64,000 bases of DNA. Origin: Patescibacteria group bacterium. Its GTDB lineage: Bacteria; Patescibacteriota; Minisyncoccia; Phycocordibacterales; CAIZLB01. The stretch lies in contig JAZKJG010000001.1 of NCBI GenBank assembly GCA_040384445.1, positions 135,650-199,649 of the forward strand, read 5' to 3'. Below the pieces are notes generated by a model. The model saw only the letters and a program-made list of their open reading frames with translations, was not told the DNA's origin and made no database searches. Numbering within the stretch: the stretch's first letter is position 1; every line of letters starts with the position of its first letter. The position numbers and the translations under genes were made by a program. Below are positions 56,659 to 64,000 of this stretch, one piece after another.

Positions 56659-56686
56659 ATAAGTAGTTAAAGTGATTACCTATTAA

Positions 56687-56932
56687 TTATTGCACCTTCT
56701 CTAAGTATATCACCCCCTCTTTGATTGTCGACCTAAATCCTTTTTCTTTTATGTAATTTTGCACATATGCAGGTAGTACAGGGCCAGTTTGAGAACGATT
56801 TCCAACACCCACCACAAAACGCACATCAGTAATTTCTGGATGATCAAAAAGATATTCAAAAACTTCATCCAAAACTATTTTAGCTTCGGACATCGAAAGA
56901 CCGTGTAAATCTATTTCGTACTCATGTTGCAT
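56687..56932 (-). CDS. Smr (small MutS-related) domain protein
   Basis: 81 aa. EIDLHGLSMSEAKIVLDEVF...VRFVVGVGNRS follows the Smr pattern. Confidence 0.65.
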   Translation of the reverse strand: MQHEYEIDLHGLSMSEAKIVLDEVFEYLFDHPEITDVRFVVGVGNRSQTGPVLPAYVQNYIKEKGFRSTIKEGVIYLEKVQ

Positions 56933-57366
56933 ATTAAATCGTATTCTGTTTTCGTGACCGGTGTAATTGATAATCGAGACCCTTTTTGAAACATCTGCAT
57001 TTTTTGTAGTTTAGGTGCCTTTTTCATTTCCTCTAGGAGCACTGGTCTTGTAAATGTAGAAACATACGCTACATCGACACATTCCCAAATAGGTTTTTCC
57101 TTTGTAGATTTAGGATCAAAATGCTCATCCTTTGGATCCTGTGCCGAGATGTCAGGATGGGCTGTTTTACACACTTTCGCGATTCCAAAGACACCAGTTG
57201 GTTTTGAACTCGAATGATAGAACAACACCATATCCCCCACACTCATCTCTTTCATATAATTTCGTGCTTGGTAATTTCGTACCCCCGACCATGGTGATTT
57301 TTTATCCTTCTTGAGCTGACTGATAGGATAACAATCTCCTTCTGATTTCATAAGATAGTAGTTCAT
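56911..57366 (-). CDS. EVE (PUA-like) domain protein
   Basis: 151 aa. YYLMKSEGDCYPISQL...WSGVRNYQARNYMKEMSVGDMVLFYHS matches the EVE signature. The 3' end overlaps the Smr gene by 22 nt. Confidence 0.7.
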   Translation of the reverse strand: MNYYLMKSEGDCYPISQLKKDKKSPWSGVRNYQARNYMKEMSVGDMVLFYHSSSKPTGVFGIAKVCKTAHPDISAQDPKDEHFDPKSTKEKPIWECVDVAYVSTFTRPVLLEEMKKAPKLQKMQMFQKGSRLSITPVTKTEYDLICNMSTK

Positions 57367-57391
57367 AGTATGAGTATAGTATACTTATTGC

Positions 57392-58015
57392 ATGAAAAAT
57401 ATCTACAGAGGATTGGCACTTTTTGTATTTTGCATCGGTCTAGGATTTGCTGTTTCGTATAATTTTTTGAATATTACATTTATAAATAAGCTGGTTGTTC
57501 AATTTTTTACTTCAATTCGAAATGAAGTTGGAATGGAGTTGATGAAGTCTGTCACTACATTTGGGGAGAGTTCGATTCTTACACCATTAATTATTATTTC
57601 ACTTATGTTTTTCTTACTTAAGAAACACTGGGAGTATGGGGTTATATTTGGTCTCGGAATTTATGTTGTAAATTTTCTAACAACATACGCCAAAAACTTT
57701 TTTGATATCGCTCGACCTCTTGCACAATTCGGTTACTCTGCTCGAGGATATGCATACCCTAGTGGGCACGTGTCTAATGCAGCAATTGTATTTTTAACAT
57801 TAGCTCTGTATTTCTTAAGTGTACAAAATAAAGTAATTAAATATATTGGAGTAAGCATATGTACCCTTGCTACTATTGGAGTTGGAATTAGTCGAATGTA
57901 TTTAAATGTACACTGGTTTACCGATGTAATTGGAGGCACATGTTTAGCTTTGAGTATTATCCTTATTCTGTATGGGATTGTTCAGGTTCTGGAGAGACCT
58001 AAGTTTGTACGGTAG
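57392..58015 (+). CDS. PAP2-family phosphatase (undecaprenyl-diphosphatase-like)
   Basis: 207 aa membrane protein. KNFFDIARP, YPSGHVSNAAIVF, SRMYLNVHWFTDVIGG phosphatase motifs. Confidence 0.75.
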   Translation: MKNIYRGLALFVFCIGLGFAVSYNFLNITFINKLVVQFFTSIRNEVGMELMKSVTTFGESSILTPLIIISLMFFLLKKHWEYGVIFGLGIYVVNFLTTYAKNFFDIARPLAQFGYSARGYAYPSGHVSNAAIVFLTLALYFLSVQNKVIKYIGVSICTLATIGVGISRMYLNVHWFTDVIGGTCLALSIILILYGIVQVLERPKFVR

Positions 58016-58111
58016 ATTTGCTTTTTTTGCTAGATTATGCTATAATACTTAAGTTCAGTAAGACTTTCGCATGTTGCGAGAGTCAGATAAAATCCAGATC
58101 TTTCACTTCTT

Positions 58112-58582
58112 ATGAACAAACAAATCGCCCAGGTGATCTTTCAACTCATCGATCCAAAGATGGTTGATAAAGAGCAGCAATTCGAATCATTCATGAAAAT
58201 CGTCAAAGGTATCATGGTTTTCATCGGACTGTTTGCAATCTTCCTTATCTGGGGATGCGGACTGTCTCCAGTTGCCAATGTGGCAATCCTCTTTGGGTCC
58301 TGCCTTACAGCACGCCTCGCTTACCATCTTGGGTTACTCTACTTTAGTAGCGAAGAGCGCGACAGCATCAAGCAATGGAAAAAGATTCAGCATCGCTTCG
58401 TGCGATTGGATCATTTCCACAGGCTATACAACACTTTGAAAGAACATGCTAGTGTGTCTGAAAAAAACATCGACTTGATTTTTTTGAAGAAACACTACCA
58501 AGACAGGATTCGTAACCGCGAATCTGTCCTACATGGTCCGTCAGAGTATACGATGCCCGGCATGTCCATCATTCACCGTTAG
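58112..58582 (+). CDS. hypothetical membrane protein
   Basis: 156 aa with two TM helices. No motif. Confidence 0.4.
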   Translation: MNKQIAQVIFQLIDPKMVDKEQQFESFMKIVKGIMVFIGLFAIFLIWGCGLSPVANVAILFGSCLTARLAYHLGLLYFSSEERDSIKQWKKIQHRFVRLDHFHRLYNTLKEHASVSEKNIDLIFLKKHYQDRIRNRESVLHGPSEYTMPGMSIIHR

Positions 58583-58592
58583 CATTCAAACA

Positions 58593-58630
58593 CGCGCCCG
58601 TAGGTTTTCCTACGTGGCGCGGTTTTTCAT
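58593..58630. terminator. bidirectional intrinsic terminator (58112 gene / htpX)
   Basis: cgcgcccgtagg-tttt-cctacgtggcgcg followed by T5. Confidence 0.7.
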
Positions 58631-58654
58631 TTTTGTTATGAAAATACTTTCTTT

Positions 58655-59554
58655 TTATACCCCTCTCAGCTTCGCCACCCTCTCTTCAACTGGTGGATGT
58701 GACATAAACAATCTTGCAATCGGACCAACACTTTTCTTTTCTTTATCTTCTTCATTTCCAAAAGGATTTGAAATATACATATGCGCAGTTGCCCTTGATG
58801 CTGATGCAAGTGGTGTATGATTGTGATCATGGATTTTCATCAACGCAGAAGCTAAACCTTCAGGATTTTCTGTAATCAATGCTCCTGTCGCATCAGCCTG
58901 AAACTCTCTACTTCTTGAAACAGCGAGTTGAATCATTGTTGCAAAAATTGGTGCAGCAATTAATGTAACTAAACTTAAAATTGGATTACCTCGGTTTTCT
59001 CCATTTCCAGAATTCATAGCAGAAATATGAAGCAGGTGTGTAATCAATCCTGCCATTATCGCAACTACTGATGAGATTAAAATATCTTTATTTCCAATAT
59101 GGGCAAGCTCATGTGCAATTACTCCATCAAGTTCAGAATCATTTAATACAGCAAGCAACCCTGTAGTAACAGCAACTGCTGCATGCTTTGCATTTCTCCC
59201 TGTCGCAAATGCGTTTGGGTTTGCATCTTCAATAATGTGTACACTTGGAACTGGAAGGTTTGCTTTAAATGCAAGTCTGTACACAGAGTTATATGCCCGT
59301 GCACCTTCTGGTGAATTTCTATCGACTGGTTTTGCACCTGCAGACCTGAGTGCAAGTGGGGCTGAAAACCAATATACTCCAAGGTTCATAATGATACTGA
59401 TGGCGAGAGCAAAATATATAAAGTTTACATTTCCAAATTGCTGAGCCAGCATAAAACCAACTAAGGATAGAAGTAGGAATGTTCCTCCCATAAGGAGGAT
59501 AGTTTTAAAGGTATTCGCAGCTTTGTTTTGGAAGAGGTGTTGAGTGTTTGCCAT
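58655..59554 (-). CDS. htpX: zinc metalloprotease HtpX (M48 family)
   Basis: 299 aa. N-terminal TM helices. HELAHIGNKD (HExxH) and a downstream Glu-containing helix. Confidence 0.85.
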   Translation of the reverse strand: MANTQHLFQNKAANTFKTILLMGGTFLLLSLVGFMLAQQFGNVNFIYFALAISIIMNLGVYWFSAPLALRSAGAKPVDRNSPEGARAYNSVYRLAFKANLPVPSVHIIEDANPNAFATGRNAKHAAVAVTTGLLAVLNDSELDGVIAHELAHIGNKDILISSVVAIMAGLITHLLHISAMNSGNGENRGNPILSLVTLIAAPIFATMIQLAVSRSREFQADATGALITENPEGLASALMKIHDHNHTPLASASRATAHMYISNPFGNEEDKEKKSVGPIARLFMSHPPVEERVAKLRGV

Positions 59555-59645
59555 AGAGGTATTATAGCACGTGGGTCAAGTCGGATTATTGATTGATTTG
59601 TAAAGTTGTGGTACATATATATATGGTTTACGAACTTTTTTACCT

Positions 59646-60110
59646 ATGTCCAATCCTAAACTTCCTTATTCTGCCAGTCTAGATTCACTCATTGAACAAA
59701 CTGCCGCGTATGCTTTAAGTACCGCAGCGATAGCTCAAACTTCAGGACATGTCTGCATAGCAATGTGCACCACTCCGAATTGTGAGGGCTACGAAATGCT
59801 TCGGAACCTCGGAAAAATTCCTGAGGAGATCGCTCTTCACATTCAAAATCTGCAAGAACATCAGCAAAGACTTAAAATCCAAAACCCTCCCGCACAAAGC
59901 AAACCTTTTAAACAAATTTTTGCCAGTGCTAGAGTAATAGCTCATGGATATAGAGCAGATGAAATTCACACCGGTCATGTTCTTCTTTGCCTGTTTACCA
60001 ACTACGCGTGTATTGCTTCACAATCGCTACGCGTTCATGGTGTTACAGAGAAGGCGCTTCATGAACAATTGACAACACTCCAGCAAGCCTCAACTGCCGT
60101 CATGGCATAA
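59646..60110 (+). CDS. Clp N-terminal (Clp_N) double-repeat domain protein
   Basis: 154 aa with two repeats: HVCIAMCTTPNCEGYEMLRNLGKIPEEI and GHVLLCLFTNYACIASQSLRVHGVTEKAL. Confidence 0.5.
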   Translation: MSNPKLPYSASLDSLIEQTAAYALSTAAIAQTSGHVCIAMCTTPNCEGYEMLRNLGKIPEEIALHIQNLQEHQQRLKIQNPPAQSKPFKQIFASARVIAHGYRADEIHTGHVLLCLFTNYACIASQSLRVHGVTEKALHEQLTTLQQASTAVMA

Positions 60111-60132
60111 CCCTTCCCCTTTTTCACACAAA

Positions 60133-60170
60133 AGCCAGTACCTCCCCAAGGATGTACTGGCTTCTTTTTT
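60133..60170 (+). terminator. intrinsic terminator
   Basis: agccagtac-ctccccaaggat-gtactggct followed by T6. Confidence 0.7.
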
Positions 60171-60190
60171 AATGCTACAATCCACTTATT

Positions 60191-61525
60191 ATGAAACGAA
60201 CACTCATTAAAGATATATCAGCACACAAAAACGAAGAAGTTTTAGTTAAAGGTTGGGTAAACATTCGAAGAGATCAAGGGAAAATGATTTTTCTCGATTT
60301 TAGAGATATGTCTGGGGTAGTTCAAGGTGTAATTCTTCCAAATCAAACTGAGTGTATCGAAACTGGAAAAAAACTACGTCAAGAGTTCGTGGTTGAAGTC
60401 GTAGGTAAAGTAAACGAACGCCCTGAGAAAAATAAAAAAGAAGGTATTTTAAATGGTGACATCGAGCTTGAGATTTTGAACATTAATATTCTCGCTGAAG
60501 CCGCCACTCTTCCCTTTGATATGTCACTTGATGGATACAACCTTGATCTTGTGACAGAACTTGATAACCGAGCGCTTGCATTCCGACATCCAAAAAATCA
60601 AGCCATCTTTAAAATTAGCGAAACTGTTATAGACAGTTTCCGAGAGTTCATGAAGCAGAATATGTTTTTTGAATTCCAGGCACCAAGTATAACTCCAGCT
60701 ACAGCAGAAGGTGGTGCTGAAGTGTTTGAAGTAGAATATTTTGATAAGAAAGCATATTTGTCGCAATCTCCCCAGTTATATAAACAAATTGTGATGTCTG
60801 CATTTGAACGATGCTATTCAGTGAACAAAGTTTTCCGAGCAGAGCCAAGTACAACAACACGACACCTCACTGAAATCGTTTCTCTCGATGCTGAAATGGG
60901 ATTCATTGATAGTTGGACAGATGTTAAAGATATGGCTGAAGAAACGATTCGATATATTATTACTCAAATCAATACAAAGCATGCAGAACATCTTAAGTTA
61001 TTAGGTGTTGAGTTACCTGTAATGATTGATAAAACTCCAACTATGTCACTTACAGAGGCACATCAGAGAATTTTTGAAGTATACGGACGAGACAATAGAA
61101 ACGATAAAGATTTAAGTAGTCAGGATGAGCTTGAAATTAGTGAGATAGTAAAAAATGAAACAGGTTCTGATTTTGTGTTTGTGTATGGATATCCTACAAA
61201 GAAAAAACCATTCTATGTATTCCCTGACCCATCAAATCCAGAATTTAACGAAGGAGTTGATCTTATTTGTCGAGGTCGTGAACTTCTTTCAGGAGGAAGA
61301 AGAATTAACCGCTACGAACAACTTATGGATCATGTACGAGAATGGAATATGGATCCACTTAAAATCAAAATGTTTCTTGAAGCATTTAAATACGGGGTAC
61401 CACCAGAAGGAGGATTCGCCTTTGGGGCTGAACGAATTGTTATGCAATTCTTAGGACTGAAAAACGTTCGGGAGGCAACAATGTTCCCGAGAGATATGGA
61501 ACGAATCGACGAACGATTAGGATAG
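60191..61525 (+). CDS. aspS: aspartate--tRNA ligase, short archaeal/eukaryotic-type (no GAD insertion)
   Basis: 444 aa. N-terminal OB fold. QSPQLYKQ motif is Asp-specific. Motif 2 FRAEPSTTTRHLTEIVSLDAEMGF. Motif 3 GGFAFGAERIVMQFLGLKNVREATMFPRD. Confidence 0.8.
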   Translation: MKRTLIKDISAHKNEEVLVKGWVNIRRDQGKMIFLDFRDMSGVVQGVILPNQTECIETGKKLRQEFVVEVVGKVNERPEKNKKEGILNGDIELEILNINILAEAATLPFDMSLDGYNLDLVTELDNRALAFRHPKNQAIFKISETVIDSFREFMKQNMFFEFQAPSITPATAEGGAEVFEVEYFDKKAYLSQSPQLYKQIVMSAFERCYSVNKVFRAEPSTTTRHLTEIVSLDAEMGFIDSWTDVKDMAEETIRYIITQINTKHAEHLKLLGVELPVMIDKTPTMSLTEAHQRIFEVYGRDNRNDKDLSSQDELEISEIVKNETGSDFVFVYGYPTKKKPFYVFPDPSNPEFNEGVDLICRGRELLSGGRRINRYEQLMDHVREWNMDPLKIKMFLEAFKYGVPPEGGFAFGAERIVMQFLGLKNVREATMFPRDMERIDERLG

Positions 61526-61550
61526 CGTATTGATAAAGTCAAAATAAAAA

Positions 61551-61588
61551 ACACTTGTACCTGGCCGCGACGTACAAGTGTTTTTTAT
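61551..61588. terminator. bidirectional intrinsic terminator
   Basis: acacttgtac-ctggccgcgac-gtacaagtgt flanked by A6 and T6. Confidence 0.75.
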
Positions 61589-61599
61589 TTTGACTTTTT

Positions 61600-61947
61600 C
61601 TACTGAGCTTCAATATTTGTATCAGCCAATCGATCTTTAATATCCGCAAAAGGATTTGAAGAAACGTTGAGCGCATTGTTCTCTTTTTTGTTTATAGAGT
61701 ATGAATCAATGATTCTTGGAAATGAAATAAAGTACCATCCAACAAACACAGCTGATGTTACAAGAAATGCGACAGAAAATGCAATCACATCTTTATGGTG
61801 ATCTGGTTTTTTTCTTAGTCTATGTACATGATGCTTTGCTTTTCTGTGAAGTCGAATATGCCATTTTTCATACAGCACATCTTCAAATTTTTCTTCAACA
61901 TCATGATATGTCTTTACTAACGAATCTTTAAGTGAAGACTTATGCAT
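61600..61947 (-). CDS. hypothetical membrane protein
   Basis: 115 aa. Basic His-rich N-terminus, then one TM helix. Confidence 0.4.
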   Translation of the reverse strand: MHKSSLKDSLVKTYHDVEEKFEDVLYEKWHIRLHRKAKHHVHRLRKKPDHHKDVIAFSVAFLVTSAVFVGWYFISFPRIIDSYSINKKENNALNVSSNPFADIKDRLADTNIEAQ

Positions 61948-61963
61948 ACAAATAGTATATCAG

Positions 61964-62590
61964 TTACGATCGTATAATGTACAGTTTTTGACTTGCGTTC
62001 TCAAGATCTTTTTTCTTCAGAGTTAACTTTTCTTGAATTTCTGTTTTTGCATCTGCGCCAAGTTCTTTTATAAATGCAGTAAGATGCTCATCTTTTGCAT
62101 CAACAATACCCATCGGGATTACTGCTTTAGGATCAATATTTGTTACCATTTCTGCCGCCTGTTTTGCGTTCAACCTTCCGTCTCCACTAATTGGTAAACA
62201 TAAAATATCAATATCACCTTCTACGGTAATATTTTTCTTATCACTACATGCTCCTAAGAAGAGAACTCTAATTCCATCAAGCTCAAAAATATAATACGTA
62301 GTTCCTGCAGCATGATCTATTCCATCATAGTTTGATTGCATACCATATCCCTTTATAAAAGTTCCTGATACTTCATATTCTCCAGGACCTTTGATCACAT
62401 GAGGTTCCTTGTTTCCGTATGTAAGTTCTTCCCCTCCAGACATATCTTCATGCAAAGTCGATTGCAACACGATGTTAGCGCCAAATTTTGGCCCCTTAAG
62501 AGAAGACTCCTTACCGAAGGGATCTGTTGCCAATACATTGTCCCCTACCTGAAATTTAAAAAATTGGTTTCCGAAAAATTGTATAATCAT
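61964..62590 (-). CDS. MBL-fold metallo-hydrolase (UPF0173-like)
   Basis: 208 aa. Beta-lactamase-fold pattern (short N-terminal strand, LHEDM, GDIDILCLPI). Medium support. Confidence 0.5.
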   Translation of the reverse strand: MIIQFFGNQFFKFQVGDNVLATDPFGKESSLKGPKFGANIVLQSTLHEDMSGGEELTYGNKEPHVIKGPGEYEVSGTFIKGYGMQSNYDGIDHAAGTTYYIFELDGIRVLFLGACSDKKNITVEGDIDILCLPISGDGRLNAKQAAEMVTNIDPKAVIPMGIVDAKDEHLTAFIKELGADAKTEIQEKLTLKKKDLENASQKLYIIRS

Positions 62591-62634
62591 AACGACTATA
62601 ATAGCACATTAGGAAGCCCTCACAAATTGACATT

Positions 62635-63408
62635 TTAGCCTCTTGACCATGGAATAAACATACTCGTTCTCTGCTTGTAATCCTCCCAACCCGGTCGTCC
62701 TTCAAAACCCTTTTCAAGGAGTGGTACTCCTGATACTTTTAATATTAAGAATGTAATCGTAAGCGGTCCGATGATACTCCAAACACCGTATGGAACAGAG
62801 AGTGCGACAATAAACAATCCCCACCATTGAGTTACTTCTCCAAAATAGTTTGGGTGTCTTGTATATGCCCACAATCCTTGGTCCATTATTTTTCCTTTGT
62901 TTTCTGGATTCACGATAAATGCTTTAAGTTGCGCATCACCTACGCTTTCAAAAATAAATCCTGTAAGCCACACCAAAACTCCAAGAACAAGAAGTATTGA
63001 AATATCTGAGGTTGCATATGTATTTATAAATAAAACTGGCGACACCACAAGCAACATAAGTACTCCCTGTAACACAAATACTTGAAAAAATGATCGAGTA
63101 TAAAACCATTTCCATGTTTGTCTCCAAACAAGATATCGAGGATCTTCACCTTTTTTACTGTTTCTTTTGTGAATATGGTAACTTAATCTACTTCCCCAAA
63201 TTAAAACTAGCGTAGTCACAATAATTTGCTGTATAGTCTGTAACCCATGTATATAAAGCGGAACCAGGGAGGCAACAAAGAAACCTATTCCCCATGCAGT
63301 GTCTGCTACATCATTTCTTTTTCGAATTATAGAGACAATAAACCAAAGTGTCATATACACAGCAATTACAGATGCTGTTGTGATATATGTTTGAATGATT
63401 GGTGCCAT
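62635..63408 (-). CDS. DUF1295 / ICMT-steroid-reductase-like membrane methyltransferase-fold protein
   Basis: 257 aa polytopic. C-terminal GLWAYTRHPNYFGEVTQWWG motif. Confidence 0.65.
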   Translation of the reverse strand: MAPIIQTYITTASVIAVYMTLWFIVSIIRKRNDVADTAWGIGFFVASLVPLYIHGLQTIQQIIVTTLVLIWGSRLSYHIHKRNSKKGEDPRYLVWRQTWKWFYTRSFFQVFVLQGVLMLLVVSPVLFINTYATSDISILLVLGVLVWLTGFIFESVGDAQLKAFIVNPENKGKIMDQGLWAYTRHPNYFGEVTQWWGLFIVALSVPYGVWSIIGPLTITFLILKVSGVPLLEKGFEGRPGWEDYKQRTSMFIPWSRG

Positions 63409-63409
63409 A

Positions 63410-63817
63410 TTATAGTTTCATTATTTTCATAATCCATACTGCAATAGTACTTGCTGTTCCTGTGAGAAAAGCACCCCACATGAGATCAACCACAGTTACT
63501 ATAGTTGGCCAGTTCTTAAGTGTCGCTTGGTTTGTAAGATCATATGTACCATACGCAATAAGCCCAAGGAATGCACCAGTAAGAAACACAGTTCCAAGAC
63601 TTGCGTTTGCTCGAAGAAGAGGCATTACTACAAAATACAAAACACCCACTCCATATAACACATAAAATATCAGGGCAGGTGTAAGCGATGGTTTATCTGC
63701 AAATAATTCACCAAGATGTTTTGTGTAGAACGTTTTAATCATTGTCGTAAGCCAAACTATGTCGAGTAAGAGCATTGGAACAATGGTAGCAAAAAATCCT
63801 ATGATGTATGTTTTCAT
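63410..63817 (-). CDS. small polytopic membrane protein (possibly DUF2177)
   Basis: 135 aa with four TM helices. Sits 1 nt from the previous gene. Confidence 0.45.
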   Translation of the reverse strand: MKTYIIGFFATIVPMLLLDIVWLTTMIKTFYTKHLGELFADKPSLTPALIFYVLYGVGVLYFVVMPLLRANASLGTVFLTGAFLGLIAYGTYDLTNQATLKNWPTIVTVVDLMWGAFLTGTASTIAVWIMKIMKL

Positions 63818-63889
63818 AGGATGATTATACGCCTTTGTTTTCTTACGAACAAGGTGAGTTGGAAAACAACAGGTACTCTTGGGGTACTT

Positions 63890-64000
63890 CTATTTTTGCT
63901 TAAACTTTGCAAACATGTCGATCAGCTTATCCAGCTTTGCATTTACACTATTGAGCTCTCTTTTAAACTCAGCAAACTTAAGATCTGTTGCTTGAGCATC
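63890..64000 (-). CDS. 3' end of a minus-strand gene running off the window (partial)
   Basis: The frame is open from the window edge to the stop at 63890 (…KLDKLIDMFAKFKQK*). Identity unknown. Confidence 0.25.
   Translation of the reverse strand, partial: DAQATDLKFAEFKRELNSVNAKLDKLIDMFAKFKQK

Overview
By eye the window is AT-rich, roughly one-third GC. Genes are densely packed on both strands, with many intrinsic terminators, several of them bidirectional.

The core content is housekeeping:
- A partial dcw cluster, mraY-ftsW-murG, with no murD between mraY and ftsW.
- scpA-scpB near the start of the window, plus a separate short SMC-like ATPase at 31674..33983.
- tRNA synthetases: cysS, a short archaeal-type aspS, and a degenerate HisRS-like paralog.
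- Translation and RNA genes: rnr, lepB, pth, rpsA (short four-S1 form), rpmA, fmt, def and a pseudouridine synthase.
- Other recognisable genes: a PriA-like protein, corA, tspO, ung, htpX, a split transketolase N-terminal subunit, and one tRNA-Asn(GUU).

The gene content suggests a small-genome bacterium of the Patescibacteria/CPR type. That is inference only; no taxonomic search was run.

Several non-housekeeping pockets stand out:
1. A cluster of three large secreted surface proteins (FN3, BNR, IPT, PKD and PG_binding_1 domains) at 13.7-18.7 kb.
2. An 8-kb patchwork of small stress, detoxification and hypothetical genes ending at tRNA-Asn, with a duplicated 67-bp promoter-bearing element next to the tRNA.
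3. A strongly GC-enriched islet (28.7-30.2 kb) encoding a MarR regulator and a secreted protein with a PEP-CTERM-like sorting tail.
4. A protein with seven near-identical tandem DNDGD/Cys repeats.
5. An SMC homolog of only about 770 aa with no recognisable hinge.
6. A HisRS paralog with degenerate catalytic motifs that keeps an anticodon-binding-like C-terminus.
7. A PriA homolog with no Walker A motif.
8. A roughly 1-kb GC-elevated stretch that looks non-coding, followed by a lysozyme-like gene with an apparent frameshifted start.
9. Three tandem paralogous genes of unknown function (54.2-55.7 kb), arranged like an immunity-protein array.
10. An overlapping EVE-Smr gene pair.

All calls rest on reading the translations and the DNA by eye and recalling motifs from memory. 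No searches or computations were run.
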